Below, one piece after another: positions 40,928 through 55,849 of a stretch of DNA of 64,000 nt (its first letter is position 1; the number at the start of each line of letters is the position of its first letter). The notes beneath the pieces are model-generated. The model was not told the origin of the DNA, did not search any database, and worked only from the letters and a program-made list of their open reading frames with translations. The translations under genes were made by a program, and so were the position numbers. The DNA is taken from contig OZ024755.1 in NCBI GenBank assembly GCA_964016885.1, positions 24,986,001 to 25,050,000 of the forward strand, written 5' to 3'. The stretch is from Eledone cirrhosa. Lineage: Eukaryota.

Positions 40928-41689
40928 GGCCTCAGCCTGATGGCTGGAACAGGTAAGAGAGTAAAAGAGTAATATATATATATAAACACACATGGTGAAT
41001 TATTATTATCATTTCAATGGATAATACTACACCTGTTTTTAATTATATATATTCCTTCTATATTATATTGTCTGACAACAATGGTACGTGTTAATTGTAT
41101 GTGTGTGGGCGTATGTGTGTATATGTACGACTATGTGCGTGTTTGTCTAAATGTATATAGATACGCACAATATATATATATGTGTGTGTATATGTGGTTC
41201 GATCTGCGCATGCTTACATAGAGACTCCCATCAATGTGTATTTATATAATTGTTTCTACTTTAGGCACAAGGCCAGCAATTACTCAGTGCATTACTGGTA
41301 CTTTATTTTATCGACCCCCTAAAGATGAAAGACAAAGTCAACCTCGGCGGGATTTGAACTCAGATCATAAAGGCACGTAACTATGCTGGAAAGCATGGCG
41401 TCCGACCCTCTACCGATACTCCCAATCCACCGCCTAATTGTGTATTTATATAATATATTGTAGATAGTTTAATAGTTACATGTCAAATTCTCCGAATAAT
41501 GGACCTACTCTCGTCTATTTCAACTATGCTTTTATTCCATCTTTTGCTACGCCATCGTTTCTGTAAAACTGTCTGCTTGTTTCACTGTTAGCCTGACTGA
41601 CTATCTCTGCCTGACTAACTGTCTGGATGTCTGACCATAGACTTATGTGACTGTCGGCCTCTCTGACCGTCTGAATGTTTCATTTACTA

Positions 41690-41955
41690 AGTGTTCCTTC
41701 GTGTAGGGGAAGATTCCTCGAGCAAACTTTCCAAGGCGTCCTGTCTGACGCAACCGATTGTATCCCCAAATAGAACAGTTCATGGATGTTATCCAACTAT
41801 CTTGCTCGAGGTCTACCGCTGTGTCTCCTGTCGGTTGTTTTTATCCGCAAACCCTACCCAGTGGTTTTTTCCTTAGACATTCAGATCACATGTCCGTCGT
41901 ATTGGAGCTGTGATCTCTTAATTCGGAGAAGTAGCGGCTTTACGTTGAACACTCG
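41690..41955 (-). mobile_element. RTE (Expander/Rex3-like) 3' end
   Basis: Minus strand reads VKPLLLRIKRSQLQYDGHVI*MS..GRPRAR*LDNIHEL. Confidence 0.75.
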
Positions 41956-42074
41956 GCAACAAGCCTATCAAGTGCTTGTCGTAGATCACCTATTGACGTG
42001 TTAAGTAGTACCATATCCTCTGCAAATTCATAGCCGTCTGATACTACATCCGCTCGTCTCGATGGCACTTCCAG

Positions 42075-42740
42075 CCCGAGTGCGCATGTCAATCCTGTCC
42101 ATGAGAGACGACAGTACACAACATTTGCGATAACAAAATACTAGCCGCATCCTCATGAGATAGAGAGATTACTTTTCTGATCATCGAAATCCGGTCACAA
42201 CAACAGCTTCTGATGCACATGAGGGGCATCTGGAAGCGATAACTAAACTCTGAATTCACCAGAGCAATTAAAGACCTCAAATATAGCAAGGCCTCTAAGG
42301 AGGATGTTCAGGGCCTCTGGGGAGATATTGAAAACCTTAAATAGAGAAGGTATTCTTTGGTTGACTTGTATATGCCGGGTGATCTGGATCTCTGGAAAGG
42401 CACATAAGCAATGGTGATCGAGAGTGATAATACCAATTTACAAAAAGGGAGACAAGAGAGATTGTTCTAATTATAGATGAATCTTCTTGCCAAGTCTCCC
42501 TAGTAAAGTCTACGCTAAATGTCTGGCAAATAGATGTAGAGGTATTGTCGAATCCAAATTATCTAATATACAGTATAGTTTCGCACAACTGACCAGATAT
42601 TCACACTGTGGCAGATATTTGCGAAACCACGGGAGTATTGCCAAGAGGTGTATGCTTGTTTCGTGTACCTCGAAAAGGTATATGACTAAATTCCACGAAC
42701 CTTGTTGTAGAAGATTCTACAGGAGTGTGGGATAGTGTTG
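42075..42740 (+). pseudogene. RTE (Expander/Rex3-like) RT N-terminal fragment
   Basis: EILKTLNREGILWLT..W*SRVIIPIYKKGDKRDCSNYR*I.LPSLPSKVYAKCL..QYSF. Confidence 0.88.
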
Positions 42741-43205
42741 TTAGAAAAATCTATAATTTGAGTAACATTTCTAACTTTTTAGTGACAACATTAAGATATT
42801 TTGTTTTTACTGCCATCTTTATTGTAGGCAAACGTAATTTATAGCAATATTGTGTGTAATTCTTTCTAATAAAAAAGGTTAATATACATACATATAAACA
42901 CATGCATATATACGTGTTTGTGCGCGCGTGAGAATATATATATATATGCATATGTATGTGTGTGCGTGTGTCTATGTATGTGTACATATGTACGTGTGTG
43001 TGTATACATATGTACGCGTGTGTGTGTATACATATATACATATATATGCGTGTGTGACTGAGTATATATATATATATATATATACTCAGTCACACACGCA
43101 TATATATGTATATATGTATACACACAGACACGCGTACATATGTATACACACACACGTACATATGTACACATACATAGACACACGCACACACATACATATG
43201 CACAG

Positions 43206-43245
<40 letters not shown>

Positions 43246-43885
43246 TCAGTCACACACACATATGTATATATGTATACACACACACACGCGTACATATGTA
43301 TACACACACACGTACATATGTACACATACATAGACACACGCACACACATACATATGCACAGACTCATATATATATATATACGCACACACGCATATATACA
43401 CACACAGGCATATATAGATGCATATACACACACACACATATACTCCCACACACACACGCATATATAGATGCATACACACACACACATATATATACTCCCA
43501 TACACACGCATATATAGATGCATACACACACATATATACTCACAAACACACACGCATATATAGATACATACACATACACACACATGCATATATAGATACA
43601 TACACATACACACACATACATATGGATGCACACACACACACACAGACGCAAACACAAACACACACATACACACACACGTCTATATGTATGTGTGCATCTC
43701 TACTGAATGTAAATGGAGTCTGAAAAGTGCTTCTATGTTGAAAGAAACGCATTTTAAATTATCATAAGAACCTGAGAGTTAATAGAAAAAGACGGCATAT
43801 TTTAGTGGAATGTAACGTCCAGTAACGGCAAACATTTCAACTCTGTTGAACATTTTATATGGACTTCTGAGAGAGAGTGTGTATG

Positions 43886-43922
<37 letters not shown>

Positions 43923-43925
<3 letters not shown>

Positions 43926-44112
43926 GAAGGAAATGTGGTAAGGAACCAGGTGGACCATAACGCACCAAAGTACTCAATACTTACGGTAGTAGAGTGGGTA
44001 ATAGGAACCAGTAAGACCCCGACGGCTGAGCTCAAGCCGTTTCGACAGCTAATTCTAGTCCAGAATTAGCCGTCGAAACGGCTTGAGCTCAGCCGTAGGG
44101 GTCTTACTGGTT

Positions 44113-44116
<4 letters not shown>
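43923..44116. mobile_element. Fold-back Family-T element in (TA)n
   Basis: Hairpin ~44002-44116 with loop CTAGTCCAG. Confidence 0.8.
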
Positions 44117-44180
<64 letters not shown>

Positions 44181-44860
44181 ATATATGTATATATATGGAT
44201 TTGTGTGCGTAAGTGTGAACGTACTATGTGCGTAGTTCTTTATACATGTTAATATATTTCGTTGATTTTGCTTTACACTCACACAAATACATACTAACAC
44301 ACATATATGTATATAAATATATACATATATGTATATAGATATATATATAAATAAATACATATATGTATATAAATATATAGATATATGTATACACATATAT
44401 GTATATACATAGACACATATGTATATACATATATATATATATATATACTTATATACATATATATACACATACTGTATATATACATACATACATATATGTA
44501 CATATATACATATATATACATATATGTACAGGTATATATATGTACATATACATATACATATATATATATATGTACATATATATACATATATATACATATA
44601 TACATATATATACATATATACATATATATACATATATACATATATATACATATATATACATATATACATATATATACATATATGTACATATATATACATA
44701 TATGTACATATATACATATATATACATATATGTAGATATATGTACATATATACATATATTCATATATGTACATATATATGTACATATATACATATATGTA
44801 CATATATATGTACATATATACATATATGTACATATATACATATATACATATACATACATA

Positions 44861-45242
44861 TATGGCGGCTGCCAACTCGTTTTCGAGTACTGCCACTGCT
44901 TTATATCCATTTAGGAGAACCCCTACCGATGCGCTGAACGAGTGTGACTTTTTAGTCCAGCCAGCGACTTGAAAACTCTGGTACAAACACTACACTTGTG
45001 ACAATTATTGACACATAATGCTGGGCCCATGGTACCATGTGACGACAAGTGCAGAGAGGCCTCCAGATATAAAACAATGCCTGTGCCGTGAAGCTTTTAT
45101 AGTGAGCAAAGGCACTGCACAAAGCCAGTCCCACTCTCTTAACCAAGATGATATTTACCAAAAAGAAGAATAAGTCAACATCATTGGATACCATCAGGGT
45201 TGCAGGTGTTATATCAGAGTTTTCCTTCTCCTAGAATTCTGC
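44861..45242 (-). mobile_element. Bipartite RTE-derived element, 5'-truncated
   Basis: Near-identical to 9097-9477. Confidence 0.85.
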
Positions 45243-45285
<43 letters not shown>

Positions 45286-45319
45286 TATATGTATAAACAA
45301 TTAAGTTAAATTGTTTTTA

Positions 45320-45360
<41 letters not shown>

Positions 45361-45391
45361 AAACAATTAAGTTAAATTGTTTTTATATATG

Positions 45392-45539
<148 letters not shown>

Positions 45540-45561
45540 AGTATATATATATATGTATATA

Positions 45562-45612
<51 letters not shown>

Positions 45613-45705
45613 GTATATATGCATATATATGTATATATATATGTATATATATGCATATATATATATGTATATATATGCATATATATATATGTATATATAT
45701 ATATG

Positions 45706-46260
45706 CATGGTCGGGTCGTTGGCGACTAAACTGACAACCCCGCCAAGGTTTCTTGGTGAGAAGGGTGACTTTGGACATCCTGCAGGACTAAAAACAAAAC
45801 CTGTCAAAGGGCAAAGGAGCTCTTAAGAGTCAATGGCCATCCAAAATCTCCAGGAGAGATGACCCCTTAGCCTTTGTCAAGGCAGAATTCTAGGAGAAGG
45901 AAAACTCTGATATAACACCTGCAACCCTGATGGTATCCAATGATGTTGACTTGTTCTTCTTTTTGGTAAATATCATCTTGGTTTAGAGAGTGGGACTGGC
46001 TTTGTGCAGTGCCTTTGCTCACTATAAAAGCTTCACGGCACAGGCATTGCTTTATATATGGAGATCTCTCTGCACTTGTCGTCACATGGTACCATGGGCC
46101 CAGCACTATGTGTCAATAATTGTCACAAGTGTAGTGTTTGTACCAATTTTCAAGTCGCTGGCTGGACTAAAAAGTCACACTCGTTCAGCCCATCGGTAGG
46201 GGTTCTCCTACATGGATATAAAGTAGTGGCTGTACTCGAAAACGAGTTGGCAGCCACCAT
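45706..46260 (+). mobile_element. Bipartite RTE-derived element
   Basis: Near-identical to the reverse complement of 9097-9652; the zinc finger is frameshifted. Confidence 0.85.
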
Positions 46261-46438
46261 ATATATATGTATATATATGCATATATATATGTATATATAT
46301 GCATATATATATATGTATATATATATATGCATATGTATATATATACACATATATATATATGTATATATATATGTATATATATACACATATATATATGTAT
46401 ATATATATACACATATATATATATGTATATATATACAC

Positions 46439-46471
<33 letters not shown>

Positions 46472-46492
46472 TATATATGTATATATATACAC

Positions 46493-46527
<35 letters not shown>

Positions 46528-46613
46528 CACTTATATATATATGTATATATATACACTTATATATATATGTATATATATACATTCATATATATATACATAT
46601 ATATATATACACT

Positions 46614-46645
<32 letters not shown>

Positions 46646-46679
46646 CACATATATATATATATACATATATATATATACT

Positions 46680-46711
<32 letters not shown>

Positions 46712-46713
46712 CT

Positions 46714-46744
<31 letters not shown>

Positions 46745-46759
46745 GTATATATATACACT

Positions 46760-46790
<31 letters not shown>

Positions 46791-46929
46791 GTATATATAT
46801 ACACTTATATATATATATACATATATATATACACTTATATATATATATATATGTATATATATACACTTATATATATATATATATACATATATATATACAC
46901 TTATATATATATACATATATATATACACT

Positions 46930-46963
<34 letters not shown>

Positions 46964-46972
46964 AATACATAC

Positions 46973-47003
<31 letters not shown>

Positions 47004-47012
47004 AATACATAC

Positions 47013-47043
<31 letters not shown>

Positions 47044-47044
47044 A

Positions 47045-47078
<34 letters not shown>

Positions 47079-49744
47079 ATATATACATATATATACATAT
47101 ATATATATATATATATGCGAGAGAGAGATAAAAAAAGACGGAGAGAGTGAGAGAGGAGAAGAGGGGGGAGGCATAAATCAGAAGGAGAGAGGACATGGGG
47201 AATGTGTAGAGTTTGAAATGATAGGATAGAGAAAGCGGTGTCATGTAGAAATCTAGGTTGAGACGACATGTGAGTGGTGGAGAGAGGTTTGGGGTATGAA
47301 TATAATTTGAAACTGAAGAGATAACGATGATGTTTGGTGGCGCTTTTAATGGCATAGGTGTTGGTGTTGTTGAGGCAGGGTTTTTTTTGTTTTTTTAGGA
47401 TGAGAGATCATGCTATATATGTCAGCCCTCATGTGTGGGTGGTAGTGGAGGGGGTGGTCTGTAATCATACAAAAATGAAATAAAATAGAATATATAATAG
47501 ATAATAAAAGGGATTTGCAGCACCCCCGAATGTGTATAAAAAGCCTTTTATTGCCCCTGAAAAAATGTGACTGTATTTGGCTTATTTTTTCCTAGAAGGA
47601 ATATAATGAAGAACTAGGCAATTTGGTGAAACTTTCTATCATCAGTAGAATGCTAGAATTGGTAGAGTGTCGTACAACATGCTTTGCAGAATATAGATAT
47701 GGGCATAGTTACGGCTCTTTACGCTCTAATTTCAAATCCCGCGTGGTTAGTTTTGCTTTCCATCCTTACAGGGTCGATAAAAGAAAGTACTAACCAATCA
47801 CGTACTGGAGTCGATTTAATCAACTTTCTCCTCTCCTCAAATTGCTGGCCTTTTGTCTAAATTAGAAACAGTTATTTAAAATAGCGGATTTGCAGTAATC
47901 GGTTGAGCGTCGAACAACATGCTTTGTGGCATAGAGTCACGGCTCTTTACGTTCTGAGTTCAAATCCCGCCTTGGTTAGTTTTACTTTTCATCCTTACTG
48001 TGTCGTTAAAATAAAGAAACCGTAGCACAGTGGAGTCGGTTCAATCTAGTTTTTCCCTTCCCTTCAAATTGCTAGCCTTGTGCGAAATGTAGAAACAATT
48101 ATTAAACTCCTAACTGTAGTAGTTTAGCAGAGGATAACAAAAGATGAGTTTGTTAATTCAAATGTTTGTAATATTTTACTAGCAGAGAAATCGTTATGAA
48201 AATGCGGAGTATATTATTAGATTAAATACTTTAGCATTGAATATGATGCAGTCAAATTTGCTAAAAACAATGTTATGTATGTTTGTCAATATCCTGAAAT
48301 GATGATTTAGCTGAAAGTGTATAAGATAAGCTTGTTCATTCAAATATATATAGTATCTTTTCTAGTGGACAGATCATTGCCGAAATTTAGATCAAAGATT
48401 TTAGTATTTAAGTTAATGCAGTCATAGTAGTCTTGTAATTTTCAAGACTTACTTGCAGAACGTGGTTCCAGGCAGTATAGAATATGATTTAGGAGAAAAT
48501 ATCTTAAAACGAATTTGTTTATTTGAGTATTACTAGTAAGTAGATCTTTGTAAAAAATCTGCAGTATTTGAGTAAAGATATTTTAACGTAATGCAATCAT
48601 AGTTTTGTACTTTTAAAGAATGTATTGCTAATGTGGCTTCATGCAGTACAGGACATTAAGTGTTAAACAAAATCATCTGCTGGTGAAAAAATTAAAAACA
48701 CAGTAAATAAAGATGTGTTGAGTTGTTAAAGGAAATTTCATATAAGAACTGTGCTGCCTGAAGAAGATTACGTGAAATAGTTGAAATAAATAATATAGGG
48801 GAGATAAGAAACAGTATTTTTTCCTGTTCGCTTGTCTCGTTAATTTTATCCTTTCAACGAATTTTTTTCGAAAGTTTTGCTAAAATATTTTAAGCAGTTT
48901 CAGCTTGCATTTATCAATATAGTATAAAAGTATTCAACGGTTGGAATAATCTTTAGTATCTTTTGATTTTTCTTTCAGCAGGGTAGAAGCCTGATATGTT
49001 TAAAAGGGAGGAGAGATGACGTAAGCACTATATGGTGTGAATTGAAGTACCTAGGGCAATTGGGAACATTATCCAATAGCATAGTCCTTCCTAAATAAAT
49101 TGTACCATATGGATACTGCGTCGGTTTTAACGATAAGCATTCAGCTGTTCAAACAACTAAAAGTACTATTTGTTGTATTTATTGACTGCGGAATACTAAG
49201 GAACTTTTTCCGTTAATTCCATGAATAAGTCGTTCTGTTGAGTGAACAACTAGACCATAATTCGTCATACTCTACGGGAGACGCGGTCTGTATTAAGTAT
49301 GAATTATGATTAATCTGTAGAGCATAGGGCAATATGATTGGTGGCATACAGTTACGACCCTTTATGTTCTGAGTTTAAATCATGACGAGGCTAACTTTCA
49401 TCCTTATGCGGCCGATAAAATAAGTTACCAATAACGCACTGGGGTTGATTTAATCAACTTTTCCATTCCCTTCAAATTGCTGGTCTTGTGGCAAAAGAAG
49501 AAACAATTATTAAATGTCATATAGGCCCATCAGTTAAACTTCGCTAGGGAAACGGTTTATGTTTGACCATGGGGCCTCTAGCTTTTCTTATAACAATTAC
49601 GTTTTTAAAGTCTAGTATATAATCTATAAATCTCTCTTTGTCGAACCGTTAAGTTACTGATGTAGACGAATATAAAAAGGGAACAAAATCGTGTACACAC
49701 GCATGCGCACTGACGTACATACACACACTCACAAAGACACATAC

Positions 49745-49791
<47 letters not shown>

Positions 49792-50063
49792 TCACACAGA
49801 GACCGTCTCACACGCAAACATATACTCACAAACACACACACAATATATATATATTATATATATATATATTATATATACACACACACACACACACAGAGAC
49901 TGTCTCACACGCAGACATATACTCACAAACACACACACAATATATATATATATTATATATATATATATTATATATACACACACACACACAGAGACTGTCT
50001 CACACGCAGACATATACTCACAAACACACACACAATATATATATATATTATATATATATATAT

Positions 50064-50114
<51 letters not shown>

Positions 50115-50691
50115 TGTCTCACACACAGACATATACTCACAAACACACACACACACACACACATTCGTTATATAGATGTAGTTACCGTGAACAAAATTCT
50201 TCACTGGTTGCACTGGTCAACTCGAATCTATAGTAGCAGACACCTGCCCCGGTTATTAATGAGTAGGACAGAACCACAAAACCACCCTCCTATACCTGTG
50301 GCCACATTTATAATGTACTCGTTACGTTGAATGGTTACTTCAGGTATTTCAATTACAATTGACATTAATGCCATTTGAAAACACTTTAGACAAATGTTAT
50401 GGTTCACAACAGGTAACATAAAGATTTACTTAACAGAAGTACCATTTCTATAGAATCTATAAGAAAATGATTTCTATAGTTTTAACGGTAAAGTATGTGA
50501 ATCACGGTATAAATACAGGACAACTAGATATGGCTGTACAAATACAAAACAATTAGAAGTAGACAAATGAAAGCTGTAGTTATGGCTGTGTGGTGAAAGA
50601 CCTTACCTCAAATCCCATTGTTGTGTGGAATCTGAGCGAGAGTCAAACAATGACTTGTAAGTATTATTTGGTTAGAAAAAAATGTACAGTC

Positions 50692-50724
<33 letters not shown>

Positions 50725-50943
50725 GTAATAATAATAAATTTGAAGACTAAAATCCAAAGAGGGCTCGATAAGGATAAATATATATCAAATATATAAGAAC
50801 CGTAGAGCAAATATTTATTAAATTAACAGATTAAAGTTTAAGCAAAGAATCGCTGTTTTCACCCTTAACGGGATCTTCTGAAACTAAAAACAAGTTTGCA
50901 ATTTTCAGTTGAAAATTGCAAACTTCACTGTCACCACTGAATA

Positions 50944-50982
50944 TGAACCTGAAGATTGCGAAAGCATGAAAGTATTTGTTCA
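50944..50982 (+). ncRNA. Minimal type-I hammerhead ribozyme (39 nt)
   Basis: TGAAC-CTGAAGA-T TGC GAAA GCA T-GAAA-GTAT-TT-GTTCA; perfect stem I and GNRA-capped stem II. Confidence 0.75.
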
Positions 50983-51126
50983 ATTAACATTTAAGATTTA
51001 ATATTCTACCATACTATTTCATTATAATATCATTATAATTTTAAAGGATTGTAAATAAAACGAATAAATCACACAAAGTTGGAATTCCTTTTATTAATAT
51101 AATCTTCTATACACAATCATACGCAC

Positions 51127-51190
<64 letters not shown>

Positions 51191-51205
51191 AATAATAATA
51201 ATAAT

Positions 51206-51446
51206 CAGGGACCTCGTTTGCCTTAAAAATGTGATGGGGGGCAAACCAACATTTGTTGATTCTTAAAGGAGCATAAATTGCTTATGGTGCCTCTCCCGAA
51301 CCCTATCACAAGTAAAATTTTACGCTAATTAAATTTTCTATATTCAAATAAAGTTCAGATATAAAAAAAATAAGCTTAAAAAGAATTTATTATATCAAAT
51401 AAACAAAAAATAAAACATAGACGTTTGTCCCCTGATAAGGCCCTTG
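51206..51446. mobile_element. Possible hAT-type MITE
   Basis: Ends CAGGGACC/GGCCCTTG with subterminal inverted GGGGCAAAC/GTTTGTCCCC; flanked by (AAT/GAT)n. Confidence 0.4.
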
Positions 51447-52514
51447 ATGATGATGATAATAATAATAATAATAATAATAATTGTTTCTACTTTTGGCACA
51501 AGGCCAGCAATTACAGTATACAGTACAATGAAGATATATATTAGTTTAATGCTTGATACAGAAGGAAAACATACGCAAACATATATCGACAGTCGATAGA
51601 CAAGATCCCAGACCTCACTCGTTTAACCTGAGGGGTAGAGCTCGTCAAATCGGACCGAGGAAACAATGTTTCCGTTGGTCTTTCCAATTGCTAATACTAT
51701 CTATCGGTCGCAACTCCAGGTAGAAGGAGCAACGTGAAATAAAGTGTCTTGCTCAAGGAAATTCAACTCTCTAACCACTCAGCCACGACCCAATATATAT
51801 ATATATATATAGCACAACACCACACTACACCAAAAACATACGACACTACACCAGCCAACGCAATAAAACTACACCATAATACCCCCACATTACTACAGCC
51901 GTTCAATACGCAACATTCCTGTCTATATCATTGATTATTTATTTGGTTTGGTTTCGTTAGGTAGATATTTACTCTGCATAAGGCGTGAGTCGGCCAACTT
52001 GTCTAAAGGTTTATAAAATATAACTTTCACGTCTGGTTTTTTCGTTAATGTCCATAGATAAGCGGCTTTCAAACGATAGTGCTAGAAACATTACACTGTC
52101 TATGATGAATCAACATTTGTCTTCCTCACTTAAATATCTCAACATTTTTTCCTCTCTCTTATACAGCTTACCGTCTTCCCATCAGCATTCATTCAGTTGC
52201 CCAGCCACACACACAAATACACATATATATATATTATTATTAGTAGTAGTAGTACAGATTAAAGTTTAAGCTTTCACCCTCTTCGAATTTTGGTCTTTGT
52301 AATTATTACTACTATATCTATATATTGGTGAAAAAGGACCTAAGGTCCTATGCAAGTCGAACAATTAGGAGTAAAAAGTAAAAGTTAAAAAACGCAGGAG
52401 TATATTTAAAGAATGAATAATTTTGATAATTGTTACAACAAATGGATTTAAATGTTGTCAAATGATATCCGGTTTCGATTGGTTTGTTAATGTTTTCAAA
52501 TAAGGTTTGTTCTC

Positions 52515-52960
52515 ACATTCCCCACCCGCTGTCCTGTCGCTACAGTGTTGGCCGCCTTCAACGCCAAGCTGCCCTCAACGAGGTCATAAAGCATGGCTTG
52601 GATGCTGCAGGCTTCCCCTCCTAGTTCCAGTCAGCGAGGCTTGACTGAGGGAACAGCAAAAGACCTGGCAACATGACCATCTTCCCGTTCCGCGGTGGTA
52701 AACCATTCATCTGGGATGCCACATGCAGCGACACATTCTCCAACGACAACCTGGTGCAATCTGCGACTAACCCAGGCGCTGCTGCACTTCGGGCCGAGGA
52801 GGGTAAACTCTCCAAATATCGGTTGCTCTCCGATAGGTTTGCGGTCGAGCCCATAGCAGTGGAGACTTCTTGTTTCCTTGGCCATAGGGCCACCTCCCTA
52901 TTCACCACAATCGGCACAGTATTGGCTACCCTCATGTGAGCCTCACGAGCTGGAATGTCT
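52515..52960 (+). pseudogene. CRE-clade non-LTR retrotransposon fragment (zinc knuckle plus restriction-like endonuclease)
   Basis: HPLSCRYSVGRLQRQAALNEVIKHGLDAAGFPS*..KRPGNMTIFPFRGGKPFIWDATCSDTF..AEEGKLSKY..PIAVET. Confidence 0.8.
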
Positions 52961-53234
52961 CTTCTATTCCAGCTTTGATTTGAAGCGGGTAATATCTGAC
53001 AAACTTTAAACCCATTTAATGTAACAATTATATAAATATCTATTCTGTCGGATTAAAAAAAAAAGTAATCTTCAAGTATATAATCCTGCGTTTTTCCACT
53101 TCTAGTTTTAACACACACACACACATATACATACACACATATATACACACATATATACACACATATATACATATATACCTACACATATATATACACACAC
53201 ATATATATACACACATACATATATACATACGCAC

Positions 53235-53265
<31 letters not shown>

Positions 53266-53545
53266 CACACATACATATATACATACATTATAGTGTGTAT
53301 CCATCCATCTACTCCTAATGCTACTACTTCATTTACAGGTACAGTCCATCTTGTATTATAGCGTATGTGGCGGAGTAGTCCACAAAGAGGTGTACCCCTC
53401 AACGTTATTATATGACCATGACATAACCTGCGATAATGCTGATCCTCAGTGACTAGGTTTTTATTGTGTCTCTCCTTTGTTCTGTCCTATACAAAAACAA
53501 GATGGTGTAGGACAAAGCAAAGGAGGGACACAAAATAAAAACCTA

Positions 53546-53587
53546 GTCACTGAGGAGGTCACAGAATGTGTGACGAAAGAGCTTTGA
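53546..53587 (+). ncRNA. Minimal hammerhead (P5 family) in fold-back pLTR 53443-53720
   Basis: GTCA-CTGAGGA-G-GTCAC AGAATGT GTGAC-GAAA-GAGC-TT-TGA; 53443-53491 is an inverted copy of 53504-53556. Confidence 0.7.
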
Positions 53588-53711
53588 AAATATATAAACA
53601 ACAATCCGGCTATCGAACCAACCAACCAACCAACAGGAAATTTATAATAAATTGAAGTGAAAACCAACAGGTGCGCGTGTTTTTATTGGCAACATGACCC
53701 TCCCAAAGTGT

Positions 53712-53779
<68 letters not shown>

Positions 53780-53921
53780 GATGATGATTATGATGATGGC
53801 TGCACTCGATTTCAAGTAATGCCTTCGCTTGATACTTAAGCATGAGCATCATGGACGTGGCTTTTTAGTCCCCCTTCCTCCAGTCTCTGAACATCAAATG
53901 CATTTTCTCCAAAAGAATAAT

Positions 53922-53995
<74 letters not shown>

Positions 53996-54038
53996 AGCAG
54001 GGATGAAGTATCAATATAACATCCTTATGTTTATTCAC

Positions 54039-54127
54039 ACGTGACGCGCACGTTTCGCGATGGATTAGCCTAAGGTGTAATCGGTAGTGATCGGACCCGT
54101 CTCTGGAATCGATAGCTCATCAGACTT
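54039..54127 (-). ncRNA. Hammerhead with long stem II in fold-back element ~53990-54228
   Basis: Minus strand: AAGT-CTGATGA-GCTATCGATT..AATCCATCGC-GAAA-CGTGCGCG-TC-ACGT. The opposite arm carries GAAA-CGCGCG-TC-ACGT. Confidence 0.6.
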
Positions 54128-54370
54128 GGGGATTATCAATCTTACCTTGAGCTGATCCATTGCGAAACGCGCGTCACGTCTAAATAAACATAATGATGTT
54201 ATATAGATATTTTATTCCTGCTCTTTATTATTAACGCTTTGCTTCTTAAGGATACCGACTCTAGTGAATTACCAAACGTAGAATCCCACATCGGTAGCCG
54301 GACACAAATAATGGCTTTGAGTGCTTAAATTGGTGAACCATCAGTAACTCTATATTACACATCAATGCAC

Positions 54371-54426
<56 letters not shown>

Positions 54427-54891
54427 CATATATACACGCACACAAATGTATACACGTATGTATGTATACATGTATGTGCATATATATATATATATAATTA
54501 TGTATGTGTATATGTGTATATGTATATATATGTATATATATGTATGTAGATGTGTATATGTATGTATGTAAACATCTACCACCATCAACGTTACTACCAG
54601 CATCACCCCAAATTGTTGTTGTCAATGAGGCTACGTTGGGAATGCTGTAGGAAAGGCCAAAGTTAAGATTTCCCGTTTTGTCAGAATTTGCTGTTTATCT
54701 TTCACGTTCCTTCTTTCTTTCTTTCTCTCTTCCACATTGTCTTACATCATCATCTCCATCATCGTCAACAACAAACGCTCAACATTCAATTTCTACACAC
54801 TTCCACGGCATTAGTATGTAACTTACAGTGCTATTCTCTACTATACATGCCATGCACAAAATAGCTCCCCCTCCCTAAATGTCTGTATATA

Positions 54892-54947
<56 letters not shown>

Positions 54948-55311
54948 TAACAGATTAAAGTTTAACAAAGAATCGCTGCTTTCACCCTTAACGGGATCTT
55001 CTGAAACTAACAAACTCAACCTGTAAACGCAGAAGTGGATATTTCAAAAAACGTTGCAACCGGAGGAAGACAGGAAGACGATACTTTGGTTCGTGGAAAC
55101 GTCCCCTATGCAAATCAGTAATGGTATAAACATAACATATACTTATCTACCACATCAAGACGTAAAATATCTACGTATAGATCGCACTATCCGTTAGGGT
55201 ATAATGTGGGGCTGTAATACAGGAAAGTTTTGTGCAATTTATGTTTACAAGCCGAAATTGCCTCAGATTTTTTGTTTAAGATGTGGTCTGTGGCGTAGAG
55301 TATTTCCAGGG

Positions 55312-55350
<39 letters not shown>

Positions 55351-55364
55351 GGTTAGACAACATA

Positions 55365-55404
55365 CCGAGAACAATTGTTTCACCTTCGCGGATCTTCAGC
55401 TCGG
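55365..55404 (-). ncRNA. Minimal type-I hammerhead ribozyme (40 nt)
   Basis: Minus strand: CCGAG-CTGAAGA-T CC GCGAA GG T-GAAA-CAATTG(palindrome)-TT-CTCGG. Confidence 0.82.
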
Positions 55405-55504
55405 GATGTATATGGTTATAGGAACAGGAAGGACAACCGTACGAACGCGCATGCGCAGAAACTCGGTCACTTCACACAGGCAATAGTAGACTGCATGCCA
55501 CCAC

Positions 55505-55546
<42 letters not shown>

Positions 55547-55849
55547 AGAAAATGAGGTATTTTTAAAATAAAAAAAAACGAGGTGTCCTACACGAGTGAA
55601 AATATAAGAAAAAGAAATCGAAAATGCAGCTCGAGTCTTTTTTAAAATATTTATTTTACTCGTAAAACCACAAACCCTCCCTCATTCTACTTTTGAAAAG
55701 CATAACATCTATGAAACCGGTAAAGGAAACAAATAAATATTCTTAAAAAGACTTCAGTTGCATTTTCGATTTCTTTTCCTTATATATATAAATATATATA
55801 TAAAAATATATATATATATAAATATATATATCAGAATGGATGCAGTAAA

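Noticed and set aside
48105-49200. Possible ancient LINE remnant with an internal duplication (48414 vs 48590)
   Set aside because: Too degraded to assign any protein motif confidently
50845-50890. P4-family CAGAAGA-TCCCGTTAAGGGT-GAAA (minus strand) as a hammerhead
   Set aside because: U4 is A in the copies seen and no stem I can be formed; at most a relic
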